This document shows, piece after piece, positions 36,820-46,932 of a DNA stretch of 64,000 bases; position 1 is the first letter of the stretch, and every line of letters starts with the position of its first letter. The stretch spans positions 139,030-203,029 of the forward strand of contig JBAOHO010000029.1 in the NCBI GenBank assembly GCA_037045355.1. The letters are read 5' to 3'. The notes beneath the pieces were generated by a model. That model ran no database searches, was not told the DNA's origin, and saw nothing but the letters and a program-made list of their open reading frames with translations. Both the position numbers and the translations under genes were made by a program. This DNA is from Candidatus Nanopelagicales bacterium. Lineage in GTDB: Bacteria > Actinomycetota > Actinomycetes > S36-B12 > GCA-2699445.

Positions 36820-37602
36820 ATGGCCAAGAAGGTCCAGCAGAAGGTCGTCAGCGCCACATGGCCCAAGAACGTCACCACCTTGGGCATCGATATCGGGGGC
36901 TCCGGAGTCAAGGCGTCGGTCTTGGACCAGGACGGCCAGATGATCACCGAGCGGGTCCGGCAGGACACTCCCTACCCCTGTCCTCCCCCCACCCTGGTGG
37001 CGACCATCGAAGAGGTCGTATCGAACCTGCCCAAAGCCAATCGCGTCTCGGTTGGTTTCCCCGGACTCGTTCGCGGCGGCAAGGTCATCCATGTGCCGTC
37101 GCTGTCCCGGCTCGAGTACGGCGGTCCTCAGGACTCCGCCATGGCGGAGCGCTGGCGTGGGTTCGATCTGGCTGGGGCGCTGTCCGAGAAGTTCGGCCTG
37201 CCCACGAAGGTCGTCAATGATGCCGACATGCAGGGATGCGCCGTCGCGCAAGGCGAGGGCTTCGAGTTCGTCATGACCCTGGGCACCGGGGTCGGCACGG
37301 CCCTGTTCAGCGACGGCAAGCTGCTCGATCACCTCGAGTTGTCGCACGGCCCCTTCCAGAAGTCGACCTTCGATCTCGTCCTCGGAAACGCGGGGCGCAA
37401 GTCGATGGGCAAGAAGAAGTGGCGCAAGTTGGTCCTCGAGGCCATCCACTGGTTCGACGAGATGCTGTTCTTCGACACCATCTACGTCGGTGGAGGCAAT
37501 GCGAAACACCTTGATGCCGCCACCCTCCCGGCCAAGGCGCAGGTCGTCCCTAACTCCGCCGGTATCACAGGTGGGGTACGAGTGTGGGATCTGGCCCCCT
37601 GA
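36820..37602 (+). CDS. ppgK: ROK-family polyphosphate glucokinase
   Basis: RBS GAGGAG; 260 aa. It carries LGIDIGGSGVKASVLD (the ATP/polyP-binding glycine motif) and ...VVNDADMQGCA.... Confidence 0.85.
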   Translation: MAKKVQQKVVSATWPKNVTTLGIDIGGSGVKASVLDQDGQMITERVRQDTPYPCPPPTLVATIEEVVSNLPKANRVSVGFPGLVRGGKVIHVPSLSRLEYGGPQDSAMAERWRGFDLAGALSEKFGLPTKVVNDADMQGCAVAQGEGFEFVMTLGTGVGTALFSDGKLLDHLELSHGPFQKSTFDLVLGNAGRKSMGKKKWRKLVLEAIHWFDEMLFFDTIYVGGGNAKHLDAATLPAKAQVVPNSAGITGGVRVWDLAP

Positions 37603-37605
37603 CCA

Positions 37606-39803
37606 GTGGCGGAACCTGAGGTCGATGCGGCGGGAGGTCTGCCCGCAATCCGCTACGTCCTCGACAAGGCTCGCGGCACGGGCCGTCCCCTCGAGGTGCT
37701 GGCGCGTGTTCGATCGGGCAACACGTGCAAGACGTGCGCGTTGGGCATGGGCGGCGACCTCGGTGGCATGGTCAACGAAGTCGGTCACTTCCCGGAGGTC
37801 TGCAAGAAATCGGTCCAAGCCCAAGCGGGTGACATGGCCCCGCCGATCCCCGAGGAGTTCTTCGCCCGTACCGACATCTCCGATCTGGAGCGGCTGACGA
37901 GTCGGCGAGGCGGAGACGTCTCGGTCGTCTTGCCTTTCCGATTGCCATCGGACCGGGGGATCGGACGTTCCGTCGGATGTCGTGGTCGGTTGCGCTGCAA
38001 GCCGCAGGGGACCGCGCTGAAGAGCACCGACGCCCGATCGAAGCTTCTTCTACCTGAGCGGCCGTTCCAGCAACGAAGCGGCCTTCCTGACGCAGTTGGT
38101 GGCGCGAGCGTTCGGAACCAACAATGTCCACAACTGCTCGTACTACTGCCACAACGCCTCATCCGTGGCACTGGCCCAGGTGTACGGATCCGGGACCTCG
38201 TCGGTCGATCTCACCGACTTGAGCCGCACCGACTTGGCGGTTGTGATCGGCGCCAATCCGGCCAGCAACCACCCCCGACTGATCACCCAACTCATTCGTT
38301 TGCGCGAACGAGGCGGACGGGTGATCGTGATCAACCCGCTGTCTGAGCTGGGGTTGCGCCGGTTCCGGCTCCCATCGGATGCCCGCAGCCTCGTGGCCGG
38401 TTCAACCGTCAGTGATCTGTATGTGCAGCCGCGGGTCGGCGGCGATGTACATCTGCTGACAGCAGTGTTGAAACGGCTGATCGAGTTGGACGGGCTCGAT
38501 CATGACTTCATCCAACGACACACCCGCAACTGGGACGCCGCGCTCGACCATGTCAGACGAACACCCTGGGAGGATCTCCTGACGGGCTGTGGACTGACAC
38601 GCAGCGATATTGATCGCTGTGCGGATCTGATCGCCGGGGCCGAGTCCGGAATCCTGATGTGGGCGATGGGTCTGACTCATCATGCACACGGAACTGACAA
38701 CATCCTCGCGTTGGCCAATCTGGCTCTGGCTCGCGGCTGGCTGGGACGACCGGGCGCGGGGCTGCTGCCCATCCGCGGCCACTCGAATGTCCAAGGCGTC
38801 GGTTCGATGGGCGTCTCTCCCCTTCTGAAGAAGGAGTTCAGCACCCGACTGGAACACTTGTACGGGATCGACCCTCGGAATGCCCCCCGGCCAGGACACC
38901 TACGCGTCCATGACGGCAGCGCACGCCGGCGACATCGACGCGTGTGTGTTGTTGGGCGGCAATCTCTGGGGGAGCAACCCGGACTCGGGCTGGGCCACGC
39001 AGGCGCTGCGCCAGATCCCGTTCAGTCTGTCCATCACCACCAAACTCAACCCCGGGCACTTCCGCGGACGAGGCCAGGCGGCAATCATCGTCCCGGCGCT
39101 CACGCGTGACGAAGAAGCGAGAACCCACCACCCAGGAGTCCATGTTCAACTACGTGCGGTTCTCATGCGGAGGCACACCGATGGTCGCCGGTGAGATGCG
39201 TTCTGAGGTTGACATCATCGCGGGGTTGGCCGAGCAGATTCTGCCTCCCGATCGTTTCGAGTGGTCTGCGCTTCGCTCGCACGAGGCACTGCGGCGGGCG
39301 ATCTCTCAGGTCGTCCCGGGTTACCAGGACATCCATCGGCCGGGGCTGCGCCGATCGCAGCGTCGCGAGTTCTCCGTCGCTGGGCGGGTCCAGCACTCCC
39401 CCGAGTTCCCGACGCAGAGACGGGCGAGCGCACGTTCCACGCGGTCGCATTGCCCGACGTCACCGCAGACCCGGACCAGTTGATCCTCATGACCGTACGC
39501 TCCGAGGGGCAGTTCAACACCGTGGTGTACGACGACGAGGACCTCTACCGCGGTAACACCGCCCGCGATGTCGTGATGATCAGCGCGGCCGATGCACAGC
39601 GCTGGGGCGTGGTGGAGGGCGATCGCGTGCTGGTCAGCAGCTCTTGCGGCTCGATGTCCGCCAGCGTGGCGATCACTGGGATCAGCGTCGGTTCCGCGGC
39701 CATGTACTACCCCGAAGCCAACGTCCTGGTGCCCCAGGTCTTGGACCCGCAGTCTCACACCCCCGCCTTCAAGTCCGTGCCGGTGCGCTTGACCCGCGCC
39801 TGA
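37606..39803 (+). pseudogene. FdhF/YdeP-family molybdopterin oxidoreductase, fragmented by about six frame shifts
   Basis: Family-typical sequence is readable piecewise in alternating frames. In order: MAEPEVDAAGGLPAIRYVL...SGNTCKTCALGMGG...; RRLGRLAFPIAIGPGDRTFRRMSWSVALQAAGDR; ALKSTDARS; FFYLSGRSSNEAAFLTQLVARAFGTNNVHNCSYYCH...IRGHSNVQG...; PPGQDTYASMTAAHAGDIDACVLLGGNLWGSNPD...; EPTTQESMFNYVRFS...ISQVVPGYQDI...; ETGERTFHAVALPD...LILMTVRSEGQFNTVVYDDEDLYRG.... Junctions are near 37905, 38005, 38040, 38885 (C6 run), 39118 and 39405. Confidence 0.8.
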
Positions 39804-39842
39804 CAGGTCTGGTGCGGGTGGTTCCGCCCACTACAGTGGACG

Positions 39843-40215
39843 TGGACGAGTCGGTCGGACGGTCGCGGTGGTACGCCACCGAGGAAAGTCCGGACTCCAC
39901 ACGGCAGGGTGGTGGCCAACAGCCACCCGGGGTGACCCGCGGGACAGTGCCACAGAAAGCAGACCGCCGCTGCGAAGCGGTAAGGGTGAAACGGTGGTGT
40001 AAGAGACCACCAGCGGCCGGGGTGACCCGGTCGGCTCGGCAAACCCCACCCGGAGCAAGGTCAAGAGGGCGCTTCGGCGCCTGCGCGGACGTTCGAGAGT
40101 TGCCCGCTCGAGTCCGCGGGTGGACCGCACCAGGCCGGCGGCAACGCCGGTCGCAGATGGATGGCCGTCGGCGTGCAAGCGTCACAGAATCCGGCTTACA
40201 GACCGACTCGTCCCC
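39843..40215 (+). ncRNA. rnpB: RNase P RNA, bacterial type A
   Basis: Universal motifs GAGGAAAGTCCGGACTCCAC (39881-39900) and ACAGAATCCGGCTTACAG near the 3' end. A 13-bp P1 helix pairs GGACGAGTCGGTC (39844-39856) with GACCGACTCGTCC (40201-40213). GGTAAGGGTGAAA is also present. Confidence 0.92.
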
Positions 40216-40296
40216 AATCCCCTTCGTTCGAGCGTGAATCTGCGCTGTTGGTGGCTCGTCGTCCCCCGTCGTCCCCCACGGCCCGGGCGAGCTGCG

Positions 40297-41859
40297 CTAC
40301 GGATTCTTCAGCCGATAGGCGTGAATCACAGGGAACTGTTCACCGTCACCTTGGAACCCATTGAGGACCTCCACGTAAAGGGTGTGGGAGACGCGGTCAT
40401 ACGCAGCGCCGGCGACACGACGAACTGCTCCGGTGGAAGCGTCCTGCCCCTCACCGGTGGCCGGATAATCAACGGCCGAGATCTCTGCGGGGTCAACCTG
40501 CCAGGGTTGCCGGTTTCCCAGCGCCACGTCTGCAAGGTCCTGCGGGTCGTAGATGTACCAGTAGGGACGGTGATCGTCCGCCTGAAGTCCGCCGAACTCG
40601 TACGCGATCCGTCCCGTATTCAGTTCCGCGAAGTACAGCACACCGTGCCGCGACGGTTCGTCGATCCACACCGCGCCCCCCTCGATCGAGTCGCCGGGGG
40701 CCCAGTAGCCGCGCGAGTCCGGCCCCCGCCCCCAGTCCAGGTTCGCGGCAATCGAGTAGTTCGTCGGCCGTAGGGCCCACTGGTCGGATTGGGCCACCGG
40801 TACGGGGTGAGCCAGCAACGGCACGGGGTCGACGAGTTCTGCCTCTCCTGGTTCGGTGGTCGCAAAGAGAGTGGGGCCCATGCTCCCCGGCCCGATGATC
40901 GAGAAGTACCCGCCGAACCCGATCCCGAGGGTGCGCCCGCCGATGTAGGTGTCGGCGAACCACTGAGGGATTCGAAGCACCCCACCTCGAACCCGCTGAG
41001 CGTGCGCGTTCTCGGGATCCGATGTCACCCAGGGACCAAGCGAGCGCGTCGAACTTGCGTCTGAGAAGACTGTGGCGCCGAGGAAGTGGTCGTTCGATGT
41101 GTCGGCGTTGTACACGTCACCGAAGCTCCAGTAGAGACGATGGCTCTGGTCATCGAAGAACAGACCGTGAGTCCAGGTGCTTCCGTCGAACGGCTCCGGA
41201 GCGTCTCCGAGATGTTTGCGCCCCCCGTAGAGGTCGCATGGTTCCGCTGCGACAGTTGCCGTGGGCCAGGTGCTGGGATCTGTGCCGACCCCCGGAAAGG
41301 CAACCTCGTAGACGAGGCTTCCGCTGTAGACGTGCACCGCCGAGAAGAAGCGCAGTTCAGATCCGACCCGCCGAATGGCTATTCCACTGCTGCTGTAGGC
41401 GGTGGTCCACCCGCATGCGTGCTCGGGAAGCCGGAAGGCACCGAGGTAGTCGAAGTCCGAATACGACAGCACTTCGCGGGCAGGCGGGACTGCCACCGGA
41501 TTGTCCGGCGCTGGAACCACGGGTGGTTCGGGCGTTGGAGGGAGCAGCCTGGCCCTCGGGCTGGGCGGACCGAGGCGATTGCCGGTGGCGAGGCGGAATC
41601 GAACCCAAGCCCCTCTCCCTCCGCCTGGCGGTAGAAGGGCCAGCATTCTGTCCGGGACCCGCACCCGCACGCCGTTGTTGACAGGCCGCGTGCGAATCAC
41701 TGCCGTTCCGAAGCGACTGACACCTCGGACTCGCACCTTGACTTCCGTGAGGCAGCCGGGGCCGAGTGCGCATCCGGACCAAGTCCCCCACGCGAAATCG
41801 ACCGGGGTGAAGCGACACGATGGCTGGAGAGTTCCGCTTGGTGGCCATGGAGTCACCAA
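40297..41859 (-). CDS. hypothetical exported protein (possible N-terminal signal region displaced to another frame, up to ~42098)
   Basis: 520-aa ORF (GTG start) with no recognised domain; the C-terminal part is propeller-like in composition (…FGGYFSIIGPGSMGPTLF…YWYIYDPQDLADV…). The overlapping upstream ORF 41357-42160 encodes MMADTDRASSRPQGARRSPGDRPGGLAFGSKMLVVAAGTLVASMLVVTPTGA..., a plausible signal peptide. This suggests a frame break near 41860-41900 (ccccgggccgccgccccggg). Confidence 0.55.
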   Translation of the reverse strand: MVTPWPPSGTLQPSCRFTPVDFAWGTWSGCALGPGCLTEVKVRVRGVSRFGTAVIRTRPVNNGVRVRVPDRMLALLPPGGGRGAWVRFRLATGNRLGPPSPRARLLPPTPEPPVVPAPDNPVAVPPAREVLSYSDFDYLGAFRLPEHACGWTTAYSSSGIAIRRVGSELRFFSAVHVYSGSLVYEVAFPGVGTDPSTWPTATVAAEPCDLYGGRKHLGDAPEPFDGSTWTHGLFFDDQSHRLYWSFGDVYNADTSNDHFLGATVFSDASSTRSLGPWVTSDPENAHAQRVRGGVLRIPQWFADTYIGGRTLGIGFGGYFSIIGPGSMGPTLFATTEPGEAELVDPVPLLAHPVPVAQSDQWALRPTNYSIAANLDWGRGPDSRGYWAPGDSIEGGAVWIDEPSRHGVLYFAELNTGRIAYEFGGLQADDHRPYWYIYDPQDLADVALGNRQPWQVDPAEISAVDYPATGEGQDASTGAVRRVAGAAYDRVSHTLYVEVLNGFQGDGEQFPVIHAYRLKNP

Positions 41860-42433
41860 CTCCCGGGGCGGCGGCCCGGGGTCGATCCGGCGAAGGGCTG
41901 CTCGTCCCTACCCCCGCACGGGCGACTGGATCGCCTTCGAGTGCACCTGTTGGTGTCACCACCAGCATCGACGCGACCAGCGTCCCAGCAGCGACCACCA
42001 GCATCTTCGACCCAAACGCAAGCCCTCCCGGCCGATCGCCCGGGGAGCGACGTGCACCCTGCGGTCGGCTCGAGGCTCGATCTGTGTCGGCCATCATCTC
42101 CACCGCCTTCTCGGCGACCAGGACCCCACGACCCATAGATCGGCGTTCGCTGCACACCATCGCTCATGCACCGTGGCGCTCATGCACCGTGCGCCTGACT
42201 TGTCGCAGTGCCCCTCGTGGTCAGCAACTGGCAGCCCCGGGACCCCTACTTCACTCTACGTAGTTGTGTGGTGACAGTCGACTCGGATTCACGCAGCGAA
42301 AATCGCAGAGGGCGCAGTCGTCTCCGACGCACCTGCCACTTCGTGGGCGACGCAGGTCGCGTCCCACCACGGCCGGATCGCCCGTGCCGGGAGGCGTCAG
42401 GGGCTACTCTGACCAACACGCACATTCTGCGTC

Positions 42434-42763
42434 TTGTCAAGGGGGTGTCTCGTCTCAACTCCTCAAGCGGTCCCCTCCTCCGCTGCGGAGGCTGCCTGCG
42501 CTTGGACTGAACTGTGGGCCGGTATCGGCTCCGACGTACTAGCAGTCGGAAGCGTGACCGGGACGATCGAGTGGATCTCGGAGTCGGTGACGAGGGTGCT
42601 GGGCTGGCCGGTGGCTGACATGCTCGCCCACCCGCTCCTCGAATTCGTACATCCTGACGACGTGGCTACCGTCAAAGAGGCTCAGTCGAGACTGACGCAG
42701 GCGGGCCACGCAACGGTTGAGATGCGCCTTCGAGCCCGGGAGAGCTGGGTACCGGTGGGTTAG
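42434..42763 (+). pseudogene. N-terminal PAS module of the downstream sensor cyclase, separated by a frame shift near 42741-42750
   Basis: A PAS-like sequence (...GTIEWISESVTRVLGWPVADMLAHPLLEFVHPDDVATVKEAQSRL...VEMRLRARES) runs into a stop. The +1 frame continues with GYRWVSSSARVRADEQGTAIGWIASWRDV, the expected end of the same PAS fold. Confidence 0.6.
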
Positions 42764-44978
42764 CAGCAGCGCTCGCGTGAGAGCCGATGAACAGGGAACA
42801 GCCATCGGATGGATCGCGTCGTGGCGTGACGTCGGTGCCGAGTACAACGCACAGTGGGTGGCCGAGTCTCGCACCAGACTGCGGGTCGCCACTCTGCAGT
42901 CGATGCTGGATCCCCACGTTTTGTTGCAGGCAGTGAGAGACGACTCAGGCAAGGTGGTCGATTTCGCTTACGTCGAGGCCAACGAAGCCGCTTGCGCCTA
43001 CAACCGGGTCGAGCGCCAGGAGTTGATCGGGTCCACGGTCATGGGGTTGTTGCCCGCCCATCAGGCAACGGGACTGTTGGACCAGTACATCCGCGTGGTG
43101 AACACCGGGGTTCCGTTGGTTTTGGACGATTTCGTGTATCCCCACGAAATCATGGCCGAGCCCCGTCACTTCGACATCCGCGGCGTGAAGGTGGGCGATG
43201 CGATCTCTCTCACATGGCGTGATGTCACCGATAGGGCAGAACAGGCCGCCAGGATCGCCGCGTCGGAGGCTCGCTATCGCCTACTCGCGGAGGCATCGGT
43301 GGACGTCGTCGTCACACTGGATTCGGATGGGGCATTGACCTACGTGTCGCCGGCAGTGCGGGACCTTCTCGGCTGGGATCCTGGAGAACTCATCGGTACG
43401 ACGATGCTGACCAAGGTGCACCCCGACGACCTCGCCCTGGTCGCGGACGCGCAACAGCGGATGCACTCGTCGGAAACGGGGCAGGGTCAGGTCATCGCGC
43501 GAGTGCGCTGTGCGGATGGGTCCTACCGGTGCGTGGGCGGTGTGGCCCGAGAGCTGCGGGCCGAGGATGGAACGCCGACCGGTGTCGTCGCGACGTGGCG
43601 AGACGTCACCGCCGAGGTTGAGGCTCAACGAGCATTGGCGAAGTCGGAGAGGCACTACCGCCTTCTGGCGGAGAACGCTTCCGACCTGGTGGCGTTGGAC
43701 GCCATGGATGCAGTCGTGGGCTGGGTTTCTCCCTCGATCGAGCGGCTCGGGTACCTTCCCCGTGACGTTCTCGGCCAACCGTTCACTAGTTTCGTCCACC
43801 CCGACGACTGGGTGATCCTGCGTCGCGCCGGGGAACAGACTGCACGTGGGGAGTCGGTCACGGTTGAACTGCGAATCCGACGCAATGACGGCAAATACCG
43901 CTGGTTCCGGGGCCGGACGAATCCCATCACTGATGACACCGGGGCCGTGACGGCCCGAGTGTCCGGCTGGCAGGACATCGACGACGAGCGAAACACCCGC
44001 CAGGCGCTGGCGAGCAGCGAAGAGCGATTCCGAACGGCCATGCAGTCCGCTCCCGCCGGTATGGCGCTCATGAGCCTGCAACGCTCGTTCACCGAGGTAA
44101 ACCCGGCTCTGTGCCGCATCCTGGGCGCGGAGCCCGATTGGCTCCTTGGCCGTGGTGTCGTCGATGTCCTGACTGAGGCCGACGCCGAACTGGACCGCCG
44201 CATGCGAGACCACCTGCTCGCAGGCGCGGAAGGCTTCGCTGGCCCGGAGACCCTCGCAGGAGCTGAGAGCCTCACCGCACGGGACAACTTCGTGTCGTGG
44301 GAGCATCAGATGCTGCGCTCGGATGGCAGGCACATCTGGGTGGAGCAGTCGATCGGCGTGCTCCACGACTCGAGCGGAGAGGTCACGTCGTTCGTCTGCC
44401 AGTTCGTCGACGTCACGCAAGCTCGTCAGGCCCGTGAGCAACTTCAGTTCTTGGCCACTCACGACCCCCTCACCAATCTGGTCAATCGGCGTGAACTCAT
44501 CACAGAGATCGATGAGCGCCTCACCCACGAACCTCGAGCGGGCGTGAACGTCGCCGTTCTGTTCATCGATGTCGACGGCTTGAAATCGATCAACGACACC
44601 TACGGCCATCTCGTCGGGGACGGGGTCATTGCCACCGTCGCCCAGCGACTGCGCCGCTCGGTGCGTCACGCTGACGTCGTGGCCCGCATGGGGGGAGACG
44701 AGTTCGTCATCGTCTTGACCGCAATCACGACCCTGGATGACGCGGGCCGGGTCGCCGCCAAGATCCATGCCCAGTTCAATGCGCCGATCCACACCGGTGA
44801 CCACACGATCCCCATCACACTCAGCATCGGGCTGACGCTGATCGCTCCCGGCGATAACGCCGACACCGCTCTCACACGAGCAGACACCGCTCTCTATCAG
44901 GCCAAGAATGAGGGACGGAACCGCACCGTGGTCGACCGCCAGCCGGCCAGTGCAGCCGGGGAATCAGACCCGCGTTGA
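42717..44978 (+). CDS. multi-PAS sensor diguanylate cyclase (GGDEF)
   Basis: 753-aa ORF with at least four PAS-like repeats, each ending ...W[RQ]D[VI]T/D.... The C-terminal GGDEF domain reads THDPLTNLVNRREL...VARMGGDEFVIVL. There is no EAL/HD-GYP domain. Confidence 0.85.
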   Translation: MRCAFEPGRAGYRWVSSSARVRADEQGTAIGWIASWRDVGAEYNAQWVAESRTRLRVATLQSMLDPHVLLQAVRDDSGKVVDFAYVEANEAACAYNRVERQELIGSTVMGLLPAHQATGLLDQYIRVVNTGVPLVLDDFVYPHEIMAEPRHFDIRGVKVGDAISLTWRDVTDRAEQAARIAASEARYRLLAEASVDVVVTLDSDGALTYVSPAVRDLLGWDPGELIGTTMLTKVHPDDLALVADAQQRMHSSETGQGQVIARVRCADGSYRCVGGVARELRAEDGTPTGVVATWRDVTAEVEAQRALAKSERHYRLLAENASDLVALDAMDAVVGWVSPSIERLGYLPRDVLGQPFTSFVHPDDWVILRRAGEQTARGESVTVELRIRRNDGKYRWFRGRTNPITDDTGAVTARVSGWQDIDDERNTRQALASSEERFRTAMQSAPAGMALMSLQRSFTEVNPALCRILGAEPDWLLGRGVVDVLTEADAELDRRMRDHLLAGAEGFAGPETLAGAESLTARDNFVSWEHQMLRSDGRHIWVEQSIGVLHDSSGEVTSFVCQFVDVTQARQAREQLQFLATHDPLTNLVNRRELITEIDERLTHEPRAGVNVAVLFIDVDGLKSINDTYGHLVGDGVIATVAQRLRRSVRHADVVARMGGDEFVIVLTAITTLDDAGRVAAKIHAQFNAPIHTGDHTIPITLSIGLTLIAPGDNADTALTRADTALYQAKNEGRNRTVVDRQPASAAGESDPR

Positions 44979-45051
44979 GCCACTACTCGGCGATGCGCGG
45001 CCAGCAGTGGTCGATGAGGCGCTGTTGACCGACCGGACCCGCCTCGAAGAC

Positions 45052-45936
45052 CTATGCCGCGTTCGGTCTGGAGGGCTGGGCCGCCTCTTCGTCGGGGATG
45101 CGGTCCGTCAGCGTCGGACCTAACTTGGCAGCCACCAACCACAGCCAAAGCAGCATGCCCACGTGCAGTACGTCGTTCTCGGAGAAGTAGAAACCGGCAC
45201 CGTCGTTCCACAACAGCTGGGTGATGCCGGCGGCGTAGTAGGCGAAGTACGCCACCTGCACGACGACGAGCAGCACGGCTGCCCACAGGATCCACTTCTC
45301 CGCCTCTCCGTGATGTAGGCGGAGTCGCCTGGCGGCCACCGCGATGACGATGATGATGCCCGGCAACGCGAAAAGCATGAGGACCTCGAACGACAGCAGG
45401 ACCTTGCTCGGGATCATCACCCCAGCGATCGCGACCACGCAGTACACCAGTGCGTTCAGGATCGCGTAGCCGATCAGTGCCCGCCGGGCACCACCGAGGG
45501 TGCAGACGAACGCGACAGCGATGAGCATCGCGCTCACGCTCCACGCCTGCGTGACGCTATAGCCGACTTCGAAGCCGTTGGTGTAGCGGCAGAACTCCTG
45601 GCCCGCGCACTTCAGTTCGTAGCTGAAGGCTTGGTAACTGACGCCGGCCTGCGCTGCTCCAAGGCCACCGAGGACAAGCGCGACCCCCAGCCACAGCCGA
45701 GACCGTTGTGAGCGCCGACTGACGAGGAAGTACACCCCGACACCGACCCAGAGCGCCGCCAACGCGAATACCAGGAACGTGCCCAACGGCTCGTTGAGGA
45801 TCGTGTCGCCCACCTGGACGCACGGCCGGTCCTCGCACCACTGCTGCGGTGTGATCGGTGGGTCGTAGCTCAGCTCATCCAGCCGACCACAACCGGCCAG
45901 AAGAGGGAGCCCCAGGAGCAGTCCGAGTCGATGCAT
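45052..45936 (-). CDS. polytopic membrane lipoprotein, function unknown
   Basis: ATG 45936 gives the lipobox MHRLGLLLGLPLLAGC. A Cys-containing extracytoplasmic segment follows, then about 7 hydrophobic helices. Confidence 0.55.
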   Translation of the reverse strand: MHRLGLLLGLPLLAGCGRLDELSYDPPITPQQWCEDRPCVQVGDTILNEPLGTFLVFALAALWVGVGVYFLVSRRSQRSRLWLGVALVLGGLGAAQAGVSYQAFSYELKCAGQEFCRYTNGFEVGYSVTQAWSVSAMLIAVAFVCTLGGARRALIGYAILNALVYCVVAIAGVMIPSKVLLSFEVLMLFALPGIIIVIAVAARRLRLHHGEAEKWILWAAVLLVVVQVAYFAYYAAGITQLLWNDGAGFYFSENDVLHVGMLLWLWLVAAKLGPTLTDRIPDEEAAQPSRPNAA

Positions 45937-46070
45937 CTTCACAGGTGCGATCCTGCCGCACGACTGATCGCGTTGTCGGAGCAAACGGGGACGCTTCGTG
46001 CTGCAGAAATGGCCGGCAGCCGAATGCCAACGGGCAAACCACTTCCTTGGACTGCGACGGGGGGAAACCG

Positions 46071-46685
46071 TCAGCCGAACAGGCGTGAGGTGTCCCCGGA
46101 ACCCTGCCGCGCTACCTCGGGCGGGGTTTGCGACAGATCGATGACGGTGGTCGGCTCGCCTCCGCAGAACCCGGCGTCGACGATCACATCCACCTGAGAA
46201 CCGATCCGCTCGGCCACATCCGCTCCGTCGGACAGCGGATCGGTGTCGCCGGGCAGGATCAAGGTGGCCGACATCAACGGCTCCTCCAATGCCGCGACCA
46301 GCGCCAGCGCCACCGCGTTATCCGGCAGCCTGACCCCTACGGTCTTCTTCTTCGGATGCATCAGGCGACGGGGCACCTCTCGCGTCGCCGGCAGGATGAA
46401 GGTGTACGGACCTGGGGTGCAGGATCGGATCAACCGATAGTCCGAGTTGCTGACTCGCACGAACTGCCCCAACTGCGCGAAATCGGCACACACGAGAGTG
46501 AAGTGATGCTTGTCGTCCAAGTCACGTAACCGTTTGATCCGCTCGATTCCGGCGGCGTTGCCGAGTTGGCACCCCAAGGCGTAACCGGAATCGGTGGGGT
46601 AGGCCACCAACGCTCCCTCGCGCAACGAGTCGGCGACCTGGGCGATCAGGCGCGGCTGGGGATTGTCCGGATGAATCTCGATCAT
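46071..46685 (-). CDS. YrdC/TsaC-family L-threonylcarbamoyladenylate synthase-like protein
   Basis: ATG 46685; 204 aa: ...LREGALVAYPTDSGYALGC...PGPYTFIL...VGVRLPDN...SATLILPGD... These are typical YrdC-domain motifs. Confidence 0.8.
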   Translation of the reverse strand: MIEIHPDNPQPRLIAQVADSLREGALVAYPTDSGYALGCQLGNAAGIERIKRLRDLDDKHHFTLVCADFAQLGQFVRVSNSDYRLIRSCTPGPYTFILPATREVPRRLMHPKKKTVGVRLPDNAVALALVAALEEPLMSATLILPGDTDPLSDGADVAERIGSQVDVIVDAGFCGGEPTTVIDLSQTPPEVARQGSGDTSRLFG

Positions 46686-46932
46686 GCGGTTCACGCCCGA
46701 CAATCTATGAGTCGGACCGCTACGTGGCGAGGCCAAGAACCATTTGTGTAAGCCGGAGGCCAGCCGCTGCTACTTCCACCGCGGTTCTGACCCGGATCAG
46801 ACCCCGTTCTCGGAGTGTGACGTGTCCCACCTCCGATTATCGGCGTCCAGGTGAGCGTGAATGAGAGGAAATTGCGGCACAAATGAGTGGAAACTTGCAG
46901 AGGGCTTACATGACCTTGTTACGGTCCTGCGG

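Noticed and set aside
36745-37824. 359-aa minus-strand ORF
   Set aside because: It is antisense to ppgK (ROK motifs on the plus strand) and spans the ppgK/YdeP junction. No motifs were seen.
43281-44804. 507-aa minus-strand ORF
   Set aside because: It is antisense to the PAS-GGDEF gene, whose GGDEF and PAS motifs fix the coding strand.
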